Positions 27,561 to 38,195 of a DNA stretch of 54,431 bases are shown here, one piece after another (position 1 is the stretch's first letter; each line of letters begins with the position of its first letter). The stretch is from Lachnospiraceae bacterium. GTDB lineage: Bacteria > Bacillota > Negativicutes > Veillonellales > Megasphaeraceae. A model generated the notes under the pieces. That model was given only the letters and a program-made list of their open reading frames with translations. It had not been told where the DNA came from and did no database searches. The stretch is taken from contig CAVKOP010000001.1 in NCBI GenBank assembly GCA_963657835.1, forward strand, positions 1-54,431. Direction: 5' to 3'. Made by a program: the position numbers and the translations under genes.

Positions 27561-27607
27561 AGGGCTGTAACAAAATGGATTAAAAAATCTCATTTTGTTA
27601 CAGCCCT
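27561..27607. terminator. 17-bp perfect inverted repeat, probable bidirectional terminator
   Basis: agggctgtaacaaaatg / cattttgttacagccct between convergent genes. Confidence 0.75.
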
Positions 27608-27620
27608 AGTTTTTACTTGC

Positions 27621-28976
27621 TTATTTTTTATAATACTTAGGATTGCTGAAATATTCTTTGGTTTTCGCCCGTACTTTAGGGAACAGGATAAGCAGCGCAA
27701 TCATGTTCGGGATAACGACCAGGCCCATAGCCATGTCTTGGATGCCCCAAACTAAATTGATTTTACCCATAGAACCTAAAATGCAAAGAAGCGGGAAAAT
27801 ATATTTTACGACGTTGGTTACTTTTTCTCCAAAAGCATACGTGAAGCTCTTGGAAGCATTCCACCATTGACCCATCAGTGTCGTAAAGCAGAAGATAAGC
27901 AGAGCAAAGGTTCCGGCATGCTTTAAAGGAGCCCATACGGTGCCGAAGGATTCCAATGCCATGACCGTTGCCGAATGATTTGTCGTGTAAATACCGGTAA
28001 CGCCGACGACCAAAGCCGTAATCGTGCAGATAACGATCGTATCGACAAAAACTTCGGCGACGCCGGTAATGCCTTCATCGACAGGATGCGGTACGATGGA
28101 GCAGCCATGTGCAAAGGGTGCCGTGCCTTCGCCGGCTTCATTGGAGTACATGCCGCGGGCAATCCCGTACTGCATAGCCTGAGCGATAACATAGCCGCCC
28201 GTACCGCCGGCAACTGAATCAAAGGACCATGCCTGTGTGAAGATTTCTGCAATGATATGCGGTACAGCTTGAATGTTCAAAAGAATAACCAAGATGCCGA
28301 TGACGATATAAAAGATGGACATGGACGGCACTAGATTCATGGCCAGGTTTGCCAAGCGTTTTAAGCCGCCTAAAGTAATGCACATGAGCAGAATAATCAG
28401 TATAATGCCTGTCATATAGGTTGGGATACCGTAATTAGCATTTAAAATACCGGAAATCGTATTGGACTGTACGAGATTGGCCCCCATCATCTTGATGCAC
28501 ATGAGGATGGCGATAACGATGCCCAGCCAGGGGCATTTGAGCCCGTCGCGGATATAATACATAGGGCCGCTGAGAAGGTTGCCTTCCTTATCTCTGCCGC
28601 GGTACATCTGTGACAGCACGATTTCGCCGTATTTGAGTGCCATGCCGAAGAAGGCGGCAACCCACATCCAGAAAACGGCTCCCATGCCGCCGGATACAAT
28701 GGCAGTAGCGACCCCGACGACGTTGCCGCCGCCGACATTGCCGGCCAGTGTAACCATCATCGCTTTGAACGTAGAAATGGAACCGCTGCCTTTATCTTCA
28801 TGCCGCGTCTTAAAGGAATCAATAAGGGTACGGCGGATAATAAAGCCGAAATGCCGAATTTGAATGAATCCATTGGCAATCGTATATAAAATACCTAAAC
28901 AAAGTAATACATAAACAAGCCATTTCCCCCACAAGTAGGAGTTAATCAACTTTACAAGCGCTTCTAAACCGTCCAT
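27621..28976 (-). CDS. Alanine/glycine:cation symporter (AGCS)
   Basis: LAGNVGGGNVVGVATAI..GGMGAVFWMW, GPMYYI, RGMYSNEAGEG and FVDTIVICT. Confidence 0.9.
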   Translation of the reverse strand: MDGLEALVKLINSYLWGKWLVYVLLCLGILYTIANGFIQIRHFGFIIRRTLIDSFKTRHEDKGSGSISTFKAMMVTLAGNVGGGNVVGVATAIVSGGMGAVFWMWVAAFFGMALKYGEIVLSQMYRGRDKEGNLLSGPMYYIRDGLKCPWLGIVIAILMCIKMMGANLVQSNTISGILNANYGIPTYMTGIILIILLMCITLGGLKRLANLAMNLVPSMSIFYIVIGILVILLNIQAVPHIIAEIFTQAWSFDSVAGGTGGYVIAQAMQYGIARGMYSNEAGEGTAPFAHGCSIVPHPVDEGITGVAEVFVDTIVICTITALVVGVTGIYTTNHSATVMALESFGTVWAPLKHAGTFALLIFCFTTLMGQWWNASKSFTYAFGEKVTNVVKYIFPLLCILGSMGKINLVWGIQDMAMGLVVIPNMIALLILFPKVRAKTKEYFSNPKYYKK

Positions 28977-29701
28977 TATGCTTCTCCTTTAAGTACGCGT
29001 TTGACCATATCCGGGAAATTGCCAATTACGATATCAACACCTTTATCACGCAGGCGTTTTACACTGGCTTCGTCGTTGACGGTAAACGTATTGATTTCTA
29101 TGCCTTCTTTTTGAATTTCGGCAATTACTTCATCAGTCAAACTGCCATAATACGGGTGGTAGCAGGCAACGCCGACACGTTTGGTGTATGTGCCGGGATT
29201 GATAAGCCATGTTTCTGTTAACAGACCGTATTTTAGGTTAGGCGCCAAGGCTTTCATGCGCAGAATACTTTCATGATTAAAGCTGGAAATGATGACCTTA
29301 TCTTCCAACTGATACTGCTGTAAAACAGCCCAAACTTTTTCTTCAATGCCGGGGTATGGATAGACACCTGTTTTTAGTTCAATATTGGTAACAAGCGGCG
29401 TGTCTTTGACCCAGCTGCAGTATTCTTCAAACGTAGGAATGCCGTTAAAACCCATTTTGCCGGTATAGATATATGAGGCGTCCAGTTTGCGCAGTTCTTC
29501 CAGCGTAAAATCGCGTACATTTCCTGTGCCGTTTGTGGTGCGGTCTACGCGTTCGTCATGGATGACGACGAGCTGCTGGTCTTTGGTAAGTTGTACGTCC
29601 ATTTCAATGCCGTCGGCACCGATTTCCAAGGCTTTTTGAAATGCGAGCATCGTATTTTCTGGATACTTGCCGCTGAAGCCGCGATGAGCAAAGTTTTTCA
29701 T
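28976..29701 (-). CDS. Glycerophosphodiester phosphodiesterase (GlpQ/UgpQ family, cytoplasmic)
   Basis: AHRG...PENT, GIEMDVQLTKD, HDERVDRTT, NIELK, SSF and FTVND. Confidence 0.92.
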   Translation of the reverse strand: MKNFAHRGFSGKYPENTMLAFQKALEIGADGIEMDVQLTKDQQLVVIHDERVDRTTNGTGNVRDFTLEELRKLDASYIYTGKMGFNGIPTFEEYCSWVKDTPLVTNIELKTGVYPYPGIEEKVWAVLQQYQLEDKVIISSFNHESILRMKALAPNLKYGLLTETWLINPGTYTKRVGVACYHPYYGSLTDEVIAEIQKEGIEINTFTVNDEASVKRLRDKGVDIVIGNFPDMVKRVLKGEA

Positions 29702-30028
29702 GTGAGTAAAATCCCTCCTGTAACTATAGACATGAATAAAATACTAAGATACTATGAATAGCGTTACCTACTGCATGCTATACACCTTCTGTAACATTTC
29801 TATCAGCATTTTGTATAAAATGTGTAAAAAAAGAGAAACGGCAGACCGAATGCATAGAAAAGTAAAGACTATAGATAGTCTTATCGAATAAAAAAGCATA
29901 CATAAAATGTATTATAACATTCTCCAAAGTATATAGAAAGATGATTTTTGAGATAAAAAGATAAATTTTTTCCATCAAAAAAAGAGCTGCCTGATAGAAA
30001 TGTATCAGACAGCCTTGCAGATAATACG

Positions 30029-32119
30029 CTATTTCTTAGTGTTTTGCCATGTGAATTTAGTAGATATAATATGACGAACTAAAAGGGCGATAGAAGCAAT
30101 AAAAACCACTAATCCAAGTATGTCCGCCGTTGCTTTGAAATCCTTGCCAACGAGAGCCAACGGATTTTCACTGCCGCCGGACGTAACGGAAACGACGATG
30201 AGCATGGCAATTACAACGCCCATCAAGCTTTCGCCGACGATTAAGCCGGAAGCAAAGAGTACACCGCGGTGACTGCAGGCTTCCACATCTTCCGCTTCGT
30301 GGCCTGGACTGCGTGAAGCGGCACGGCGGCAAAGGTACTTATGAATCAAATACCCGGTAACCGAACCAATAACGAGGGGGATTTCCAGTGTCGGCGGCAG
30401 ATAAATGCCCATGCCGACGGCGAGCGGTGGTAGAGACAGAGATTTTGTCGTTTTAGTCAGGATAAGATTGATAATAATCGCGGCGATACCGACGCCGATG
30501 CCGAATAAAATATAATTCCAATCTAGGCTGGAACTAAAAATGCCCTGCGCAATCGTTGTCATCAACGTAGCCTGCGGAGCTGACAAGGCTTGTGAAGCAT
30601 CCATGCCGGCACGGGGCATGGCTCCTGTAAAGCCATAGGCTTGATACAGTAGATTTAAAACAGGTGCAATGGCAACGGCACCGATAATAGAACCGAGAAT
30701 CAAAGCAACCTGTTGTTTCCAAGGCGTAGCACCGACGATATAACCTGTCTTGAGGTCCTGCAAGTTATCGTTGGAAATAGAGGCAATGCTGACAATGACA
30801 CTGGTAATAAAAATAGCCAATGCGGTGGCAAACTTTGTTCCTCCCGGTGTTTCAAAAACACCAAAATAGGAACTAATAGCTAGCACTACTAGCGAAGAAA
30901 TTAAAATACCCAGAATGCCGATGCCCGAAATCGGACTGGCAGACGTACCGATAAGGCCGGCCATATAACCGCAGGCGGCGGCGACGAAGAATCCCATCAA
31001 AACAGCAATGAGGATGCCGACGACGATATACGTCAAGGAAACGGATAAAGGCAGCCCGGCACCGCTGACGAAGGAATAAAACGTAATAAATAAACCAACC
31101 AAAATAGCTAAAAAGACTAAGCCGACGGATTTGGGTGACATATCAATATCCGTGTGATGCAGTAGTTTCTTTTCTGCCGTATCATTATCACGAATGGCAC
31201 GGATGGACATTTTGATACCATCAATAACGGGCTGTGCCAAGCGGATTAATGTCCAAACGGCAGCAATACCGATGCATCCGGCACCAATAAAGCGAACTTT
31301 TTGTGCCCAGACTGCACTGGCGAATGCTGCTGCTGTTTGTCCTTCGGCAGGTGTTAAAATGCTTGTTAAATATGGTACAAAAACGACCCAGGCAAGCAGT
31401 GTACCGACCAAAATGGCCATGCCGCTGGCGATGCCGATAAGATAGCCGGCGCCGAGAAGCGCCATGGAAAAGCCCATTGGCAATTGCGTTACCGATGTTT
31501 TTCCAAGCGTAATCCAATGATGGATTTCAGCAGAAAAAATATGAAATCCATTGGCACATAAACCGACTATCCCTGCCAATGCAGTACCTCCGAGGATATC
31601 TTTCATGCCTGTGTCTTGTTTTTCAGCATCTGCAGGTGCTTCTTTGGATTGACGCAGGTCACTGCCGACTTTTAAAATTTCAGCAGCAGCTCGGCCTTCC
31701 GGATACGGCAAATCGCTGTTGACGACCATGGCGCGCCGCAGGGGAATCGTAAAGAGTACGCCTAGTGAACCGCCGCAGGCACAAAGCATCAGTGTTTCTC
31801 CGAAAGGAAATCCCTGCCAATAGCCTAGCATGAGCAGCCCGGGGAGAATAAAGATAATAGCTGACAGCGTTCCAGCAGCAGACGCTTGTGTCTGCACCAT
31901 GTTGTTTTCCAAAATATTAGAATGTTTGAACATGCGCAGGATTGCCATCGAAATAACAGCGGCTGGAATAGAGGATGAGAATGTGAGTCCCACTTTGAGT
32001 CCCAGATAAACGTTGGAGGCTGTAAAGATAACCGTAATTAATGCACCGAGAACCATGCCGCGAATGGTTAGCTCCGGCAGCGTAGGATACGTTACAGCCT
32101 GGGGAGACTGTGATTTCAT
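30029..32119 (-). CDS. OPT-family oligopeptide transporter
   Basis: ELTIRG, NVYLGLKVG, ENNMVQT, LPYPEG, DNLQDLKTG, APQATLM and SGLIVGES. Confidence 0.92.
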   Translation of the reverse strand: MKSQSPQAVTYPTLPELTIRGMVLGALITVIFTASNVYLGLKVGLTFSSSIPAAVISMAILRMFKHSNILENNMVQTQASAAGTLSAIIFILPGLLMLGYWQGFPFGETLMLCACGGSLGVLFTIPLRRAMVVNSDLPYPEGRAAAEILKVGSDLRQSKEAPADAEKQDTGMKDILGGTALAGIVGLCANGFHIFSAEIHHWITLGKTSVTQLPMGFSMALLGAGYLIGIASGMAILVGTLLAWVVFVPYLTSILTPAEGQTAAAFASAVWAQKVRFIGAGCIGIAAVWTLIRLAQPVIDGIKMSIRAIRDNDTAEKKLLHHTDIDMSPKSVGLVFLAILVGLFITFYSFVSGAGLPLSVSLTYIVVGILIAVLMGFFVAAACGYMAGLIGTSASPISGIGILGILISSLVVLAISSYFGVFETPGGTKFATALAIFITSVIVSIASISNDNLQDLKTGYIVGATPWKQQVALILGSIIGAVAIAPVLNLLYQAYGFTGAMPRAGMDASQALSAPQATLMTTIAQGIFSSSLDWNYILFGIGVGIAAIIINLILTKTTKSLSLPPLAVGMGIYLPPTLEIPLVIGSVTGYLIHKYLCRRAASRSPGHEAEDVEACSHRGVLFASGLIVGESLMGVVIAMLIVVSVTSGGSENPLALVGKDFKATADILGLVVFIASIALLVRHIISTKFTWQNTKK

Positions 32120-32336
32120 AATAAAACCTCCTTTAAGAATACCCCCTTGAACACGTCCCTATATAAATTATACTATATAAATAATGTCCAGTCCTTTGCG
32201 AAAACAGAATAAATAAACTCCAGAATATGTAATTTTGATATAAATCGGTAAGGAATAATTTATGGGCGATAGCCAGTTCAAATATGATATAATGAGGGCG
32301 GACGATATACACTGCCTATTAAGGAGGAATAATACT

Positions 32337-33788
32337 ATGAAAGATACAGAAATTATTGACGGCGTACTGCAGGAATTTGCAGGACTGGCCAAATGCCCGC
32401 GGCCGTCACACCATGAAAAAATGGTGAGCGATTATATTGTCAGCCGGCTTCATGAATTGGGGATTCAGCAGGTTGTGCAGGACGAAGTATACAATGTCAT
32501 TGCAGACGTACCGGCAACAGCAGGCTGCGAAGCCTATCCGCTGACGATTATTCAAGGGCACATGGATATGGTTTGTGTTGCCAAACCCGGCGTAGACTAT
32601 GACCCGCTGACCAGTGAAATCAAACTCGTGCGTGAAGGCAATATTCTTCATGCTGACGGTACGAGCCTTGGTGCTGATGACGGCATTGCTATTGCCATTG
32701 CGCTGTATCTTATTCAGCAGGATACTGCACATGGCCCGCTGCGCCTTATTTTTACGGTTGATGAAGAAACGGGCATGACCGGTGCTACGCATTTGGATCC
32801 CAAATATGTTCAAGATGCCAAGTATATCATCAACTGCGATTCGGAATCCATTGATGTGCTTTGCGTTGCGTCTGCCGGCAGCGTTCATACACACTTCAGC
32901 AAAACAATTTCCTGGCAGCAACCGACAGGCAGTACTGCACTTACGGTCACGACGAAACATTTTGTAGGCGGACATTCCGGCGAAACCATTAATCAGGGAA
33001 AGAGCAATGCCATTCAGGCATTGGCTTATTTCCTGCTGCGTCTCCGTCATGCCGGCATTGCATATACGCTGGCTTCTGTAAAAGGCGGCAATGCAGCCAA
33101 TGCGATTCCGTCGGAAGCCACGGCTGTCATTACGCTGGACGATGCTGATATGGATACGGTACAGCAGGTTTTGGCCAAAACCAAAGATGAATTTGCTTTG
33201 GTATATGGTGAAGTAGAAAAGACGGCTGATTTTGTCATAGAAAAAACGGCCATGCCGACACGCGTATTTTCACCGGCAGATACCAAAGCCTTGGTACAGC
33301 TTTTGTCTATTCTTCACTGCGGCGTCTTTGCGATGAATCAGACACTGCCCAAGCTGCCGGATTTGTCTGCGAATATCGGCACGATTGAAACGACAGATAC
33401 TCAGGTTGTGTTCCAGTATTTCCCGCGCTCTTCTTCTGATGCGCGCCTGCGTGAATTGATGGAAACACTGCCTGTATATGCAGAACTGACAGGTTTTACG
33501 GTGGATATTGCTTCACCGGAACCGGCTTGGACCGAAAATCCTCACAGTACGCTGGTACCGCTTGTTGCAGAGGTATATAACGCAGAAGCCGGAAAACCGG
33601 CGCGTATTGAAGCCATGCACGGCGGTTTGGAAACAGGTTATTTCTATTCTATGAATCCAAACCTCGACATTGTATCTATTGGACCGAACAACAACGATAT
33701 TCACAGTGCAGATGAAGCTGTAGAACTCGATACAGTAGCACTCATTGTTCGTATTATTGCAGGAACCCTGCCAAAATTAACGAAATAA
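32337..33788 (+). CDS. pepD: Aminoacyl-histidine dipeptidase (M20C)
   Basis: PRPSHHE, QGHMDMV, GTSLGADDG, TVDEETGM, GGHSG, HGGLE and IHSADE; start ATG 32337 after AAGGAGG. Confidence 0.88.
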   Translation: MKDTEIIDGVLQEFAGLAKCPRPSHHEKMVSDYIVSRLHELGIQQVVQDEVYNVIADVPATAGCEAYPLTIIQGHMDMVCVAKPGVDYDPLTSEIKLVREGNILHADGTSLGADDGIAIAIALYLIQQDTAHGPLRLIFTVDEETGMTGATHLDPKYVQDAKYIINCDSESIDVLCVASAGSVHTHFSKTISWQQPTGSTALTVTTKHFVGGHSGETINQGKSNAIQALAYFLLRLRHAGIAYTLASVKGGNAANAIPSEATAVITLDDADMDTVQQVLAKTKDEFALVYGEVEKTADFVIEKTAMPTRVFSPADTKALVQLLSILHCGVFAMNQTLPKLPDLSANIGTIETTDTQVVFQYFPRSSSDARLRELMETLPVYAELTGFTVDIASPEPAWTENPHSTLVPLVAEVYNAEAGKPARIEAMHGGLETGYFYSMNPNLDIVSIGPNNNDIHSADEAVELDTVALIVRIIAGTLPKLTK

Positions 33789-33805
33789 ACCTATTTGCAA
33801 ACACA

Positions 33806-33854
33806 AAACCCCTGTCTGCAGCATACGAAAAACGTATCCTGCAAACAGGGGTTT
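33806..33854. terminator. Hairpin between convergent genes
   Basis: aaacccctgt-ctgcag...ctgca-aacaggggttt. Confidence 0.7.
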
Positions 33855-33906
33855 ACTCATATCGGGATGATAGACCGTAATTTTTCAACGGCTGTTGTGT
33901 ATATCT

Positions 33907-34560
33907 TTATTCATGGCAATGACCAGAGAGGGCGCAGCCGGCACAACTGCCGCCGCAGCTGCTTTCTGTTGTATGCAGTCCAAAGAAGGCCGTAAGCGAC
34001 TTGCGGGGATTGAGCATGCCGCCGGCTGTAATCGATAAACCGATTTGACTGCCGCCGGCCGCTTTGGCTGCATCTGTTTGCTGGCTGACCGGCCAGTCTC
34101 CGTTGCCGGGGCTGAAACGCCAGATAATTTTATATCCTTTAGGCTCACAGACTTCCCGAATATACTGTGTCAATACATCCAACAACTGCCCTGCTGCCAC
34201 TGTTGCCGCAGAGTCCAGAGCAATGCCTTTGGCAAAATCTTTGGCAAGGAAACAATCGTCAATTTCTTTTTCTATAGCGGGGCCTAAGGTAACAGCACTG
34301 CTTAAAATGATATGGGCTTGTTCTAAATACGGCAGAAGCTGCTGGCTTTTAAAATGAAATGGCGCATTGCATAGTATATGCTGTGAAGCACCGTCATAGA
34401 ATACCTGCTGAAAAACAGCCTGCGGGCTGGCAAGGTGCAGTACCGTGCTGCAGGCAGCCGTAATGACAGCGGAATCCACCTCATCCTGACTGCGCTGTTC
34501 GACATATTGCTGTACGATTTGACTGTTGATATGCGTTAATTTAGGTGTATAAAGCGGCAT
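33907..34560 (-). CDS. Stand-alone B12-dependent methionine synthase activation-domain-like protein with C-terminal Cys cluster
   Basis: AVTLG, RFSPGNGDWP (family RFSPGYGD), MLNPRKS and terminal CGGSCAGCALSGHC. Confidence 0.72.
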   Translation of the reverse strand: MPLYTPKLTHINSQIVQQYVEQRSQDEVDSAVITAACSTVLHLASPQAVFQQVFYDGASQHILCNAPFHFKSQQLLPYLEQAHIILSSAVTLGPAIEKEIDDCFLAKDFAKGIALDSAATVAAGQLLDVLTQYIREVCEPKGYKIIWRFSPGNGDWPVSQQTDAAKAAGGSQIGLSITAGGMLNPRKSLTAFFGLHTTESSCGGSCAGCALSGHCHE

Positions 34561-34751
34561 GAAAAAAACATCCTTTCCTGTAAAGTAGGTCGTACGTTAT
34601 GATAGTATATAGAGCATGTTTATTATACCATAAAAAAAGTGAAAAACTTATGCTATCTTATGGGTCTGAGTACTGGCTACGCGGTACTGTCTATGCTATA
34701 CTATAATATAGACTTTAAATATCTGATGAATCATGGAATGAGGTGGGTGTG

Positions 34752-35528
34752 TTGACGCATATCATTGCCGTAACGAACCAAAAAGGCGGCGTTGGGAAGA
34801 CGACGACAGCGATTAGTTTAAGTGCATGTCTGGCCGATTGCGGCAAGAGAACGCTGCTTGTCGATTTGGACCCGCAGGGCAATGCTACCAGCGGCTTGGG
34901 CATTGATAAAACCAGCCTGACAAAGAATTTATATGACTGCCTCATAGAGCAGACGCCTATGACGGAAGTCGTTCAAAAGACGATGATAAAAAAACTGGCT
35001 GTTGTTCCGGCCACCATGGATGTAGCCGGAGCTGCTGTAGAATTAGTAACCATAGATAAACGGGAACATGTTTTGAAAAACGTATTGTACGAATATTTGC
35101 ATACGGTGAAGAAGCCGTATGATTATGTTGTGATTGATTGCCCCCCGTCGTTGGGACTTTTGACGATCAACGCATTAGTGGCAGCAGATTCTGTGTTGAT
35201 TCCCGTACAGTGTGAATTTTATGCGCTGGAAGGGTTGGCACAGTTGATGCAGACAGTAGAAATGGTGCGCAGCAGCCTGAATGACAAGCTGCATCTATTG
35301 GGACTGTTGATGACGATGTATGACGGCCGTACCAATTTATCTATTCAAGTAACAGAAGAAGTGAAAAAATATTTCAGCGGGCAAGTATTTAAGACCATTA
35401 TTCCGCGAAATGTCCGGCTTGGCGAAGCACCAAGCCATGGTGAACCGATTACCATTTATGATCCCCATTCCAAAGGGGCAGAAGTATATAAAAAATTAGC
35501 AAAAGAGGTGATTCGCCGTGTCGGCTAA
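34752..35528 (+). CDS. parA: Chromosome partitioning ATPase Soj/ParA
   Basis: NQKGGVGKTTT, DLDPQGNATSG, IDCPPSLG, PVQCEFYALEG and PRNVRLGEAPSHG; start could be 34743, 34749 or 34752. Confidence 0.95.
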   Translation: MTHIIAVTNQKGGVGKTTTAISLSACLADCGKRTLLVDLDPQGNATSGLGIDKTSLTKNLYDCLIEQTPMTEVVQKTMIKKLAVVPATMDVAGAAVELVTIDKREHVLKNVLYEYLHTVKKPYDYVVIDCPPSLGLLTINALVAADSVLIPVQCEFYALEGLAQLMQTVEMVRSSLNDKLHLLGLLMTMYDGRTNLSIQVTEEVKKYFSGQVFKTIIPRNVRLGEAPSHGEPITIYDPHSKGAEVYKKLAKEVIRRVG

Positions 35529-36450
35529 AAAGAAAGGCCTTGGCATGAACAATGCATTGGGAAGCAGATTAAAGGTCTTGGGGTTGAATGAAAGCCGTGT
35601 GGAACATACGGAAACGCAGCAGGGAGCGCCTGTGGAAATTGCTGTAGACGCTGTTCATCCCAATCCTAAACAGCCGCGGCGGGTTTTCCACAAAGAAGCG
35701 TTGGAAGCGCTGGCATCATCTATTCGGCAGTATGGCGTGATTCAGCCGATTGTCGTGCAGAAAAAAGAAGCTGGCAGATATGAATTGATTGCCGGTGAAC
35801 GAAGACTGCGTGCTGCAAAATTATGCGGCCTGATGACTATACCGGCTGTTATTCGAAGCTTTACGCCTGATACAGCGGCTGAAATCGCGCTGATTGAAAA
35901 TTTGCAGCGGGAAGATTTGGACGCCATTGAAGAAGGCGCAGCGTATCAAATGTTGATTGAAGAATTTCATTTGACACAGGAACAGGCCGCTGAAAAAGTG
36001 GGCAAGAGCAGGGCGCATGTAGCAAATATGATGCGTCTTTTGCAGCTTCCGGATGAAATCAAGCAGTGCATTACAGAAGGTCGCCTTTCTATGGGACAGG
36101 CACGGCCATTGCTGCGGCTTACAGATGCTGTGCAGCAGCATGATGCCGCTATTTATATTATGGATCATGAATTGTCGGCCCGTCAGGTAGAAGCATATGT
36201 CAAAAAGCTGCTGACGGCAAACGAACAGCCCAAAGAACCGGCAGAACCGGATGCCTATTTGGAAGCCGTGCAGGACCGAATGAAAATGCATTTGGGTACC
36301 AGCGTAGCGATTCGGCTGGGCCGCAATAAGAAAAAAGGGAAAATTGAAATTGCTTTTACATCAGAAGAAGAACTGGAACGCTTACTTCACCTGCTTGCGG
36401 ACGAAGAACCGGAGCAGACAGCTTCCCCTGTATCTTCATTTCATGTATGA
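35518..36450 (+). CDS. parB: Chromosome partitioning protein ParB/Spo0J
   Basis: PNPKQPRR, AGERRLRAA, IENLQREDL and HTH GKSRAHVANMMRLL. Confidence 0.95.
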   Translation: MSAKKKGLGMNNALGSRLKVLGLNESRVEHTETQQGAPVEIAVDAVHPNPKQPRRVFHKEALEALASSIRQYGVIQPIVVQKKEAGRYELIAGERRLRAAKLCGLMTIPAVIRSFTPDTAAEIALIENLQREDLDAIEEGAAYQMLIEEFHLTQEQAAEKVGKSRAHVANMMRLLQLPDEIKQCITEGRLSMGQARPLLRLTDAVQQHDAAIYIMDHELSARQVEAYVKKLLTANEQPKEPAEPDAYLEAVQDRMKMHLGTSVAIRLGRNKKKGKIEIAFTSEEELERLLHLLADEEPEQTASPVSSFHV

Positions 36451-36517
36451 TAGAGCAGAGTATACTAAAAACCGCTTGGATTGAATAAAAAAGTCGCATG
36501 ACGGCAGGAGGAAAGAC

Positions 36518-37045
36518 ATGTTTTACGGACTAGATATGCATATAATGTTTGCAGTGGCAGCCGGTATAGCAGGGATTATTGTGCTGCTTCTCCTTATTTA
36601 TATTTTCATATTGAACCGCAAGGTACAACAATTAGAAGAAAAATATACATATTTCATGCAGGATGAAGCTGGTAAGAGCATGGAAGCCAAATTGAGGGAA
36701 GATGTAGATAAGCTGCATAATCTCCAAGGAACATTGGATATGATTCATACTACGCAAAAAGATATTTTGGCAGTGCAGAACCAATGTTTTCGCAAAATTG
36801 GGTTTGTAAAATACAACGCGTTTGACAACATAGGCAACAATTTGAGTTTTGCGTTTACGGTACTGGATGGAAAAAATGATGGTTTTTGCTTATCCAGTGT
36901 TTATGGCCGCAATGAATCGCGTATTTTTGCCAAACCGATTGTAGACGGCAAGTGTCTGTACGGCATGAGTGCAGAAGAACAAGAAAGCTTGGACAGTGCG
37001 ATTCACTATACGGGGGATATACAGACTGCCCAAAAAGAAGAATAA
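36518..37045 (+). CDS. DUF4446-family membrane protein
   Basis: N-terminal TM; KIGFVKYNAF...GNNLSF...GRNESRIFAKP; typical position after parB. Confidence 0.75.
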   Translation: MFYGLDMHIMFAVAAGIAGIIVLLLLIYIFILNRKVQQLEEKYTYFMQDEAGKSMEAKLREDVDKLHNLQGTLDMIHTTQKDILAVQNQCFRKIGFVKYNAFDNIGNNLSFAFTVLDGKNDGFCLSSVYGRNESRIFAKPIVDGKCLYGMSAEEQESLDSAIHYTGDIQTAQKEE

Positions 37046-37085
37046 TGTATCATGCAGGTGAATTTTAAATAAAGAAGGGATATGC

Positions 37086-38096
37086 TTGTCTTTTCAGGAA
37101 CGATGTAAGGTATGGCAGGGCCAGCTGAAGAAACGGCTTTTTCAGTGTCGGACCGGCATCCAATCTTTTTTCAAAGAAAAAGGCATTTTAAAAAATACGA
37201 CAGAACCCATTACCCTTTCAGCACAGCAATATAAACGAATCGTACGGATTATTGCTGCCGGAGTCGTCGTTTTTGTTGCTGTAGTAGGCGTTGGCATTTA
37301 TCAATTTATGGCCTTGCAGCAAGCTCGTGAAAAAGAATCGCTTCATGAACAACAGCTGGAATTGATGCGTGAAAAAACGACGTCACTGCAGGAAAAAATG
37401 GATAAAATGGATTCGTTGGACCAGGAATTGCGGCAGATGGTCAAAGGCTCAGGAGCTGGTGACAGCCCAAAAGGTGAAGGTGGCGTAGCAGGTTCGCAAA
37501 AGAAATCTCCGGATGTTTCTCATGCAAGTTATAATGACTTGTTACTGGCCACCTCTCGATTGGAAACACGCACGAATGCCCGCATTATCAGCTTTATTAC
37601 GCTGAAAACCGTGTTGAGCGATACGGCAGGGCAGCAAGTCCGGCAAATGCAGCAAGTTTCCTCTAAAGCCTATGCTTCTGCTTCCGGCGGCGTCAATGCT
37701 GTGTCTTCGACAACGCCGTCCATTTGGCCGGTTACTGGGACGATTACTTCTAATTTTGGCTATCGCGGCAATCCTATCGGCGGCGGCACAGGGTTCCACG
37801 AAGGACTGGATATTGCTGTAGATTATGGTACGCCTGTACGGGCAACGGCATCCGGCAAGGTATCTATGGCCGGCTGGGTAGATGGCTATGGCAATTTGGT
37901 AGAAATAGATCACGGCAATGGCTTTGTTACCCGCTATGGACATAATTCTATGCTTCTTGTCGTTCAGGGTCAGGAAGTCAAGGCAGGAGATATTATTTCG
38001 CTGGCCGGCAGTACAGGCCGCAGCACAGGGCCGCACGTTCATTATGAAGTGCGCGTGAACGGCACGCCGACAGATCCGCTGCTGTTTTTACCCTAA
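37086..38096 (+). CDS. M23-family peptidase (TM + coiled coil + M23)
   Basis: WPVTG.ITS.FG.R, HEGLD, YGH and STGPHVHYE motifs. Confidence 0.92.
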   Translation: MSFQERCKVWQGQLKKRLFQCRTGIQSFFKEKGILKNTTEPITLSAQQYKRIVRIIAAGVVVFVAVVGVGIYQFMALQQAREKESLHEQQLELMREKTTSLQEKMDKMDSLDQELRQMVKGSGAGDSPKGEGGVAGSQKKSPDVSHASYNDLLLATSRLETRTNARIISFITLKTVLSDTAGQQVRQMQQVSSKAYASASGGVNAVSSTTPSIWPVTGTITSNFGYRGNPIGGGTGFHEGLDIAVDYGTPVRATASGKVSMAGWVDGYGNLVEIDHGNGFVTRYGHNSMLLVVQGQEVKAGDIISLAGSTGRSTGPHVHYEVRVNGTPTDPLLFLP

Positions 38097-38195
38097 TACT
38101 ACTACAAACTATAAACTGCGAGCAAAGGGGGCTTGTCGCTTCGTGCGGCGGCCCCTTCTCTTTTACCTTGCATGCAAAGAAAGGCAGAGTTGGCA

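Noticed and set aside
34752..36450. parAB as a sign of a plasmid/ICE, or a nearby parS/oriC
   Set aside because: Soj/Spo0J chromosomal type followed by DUF4446. I saw no TGTTTCACGTGAAACA-like site, dnaA or mobility genes.
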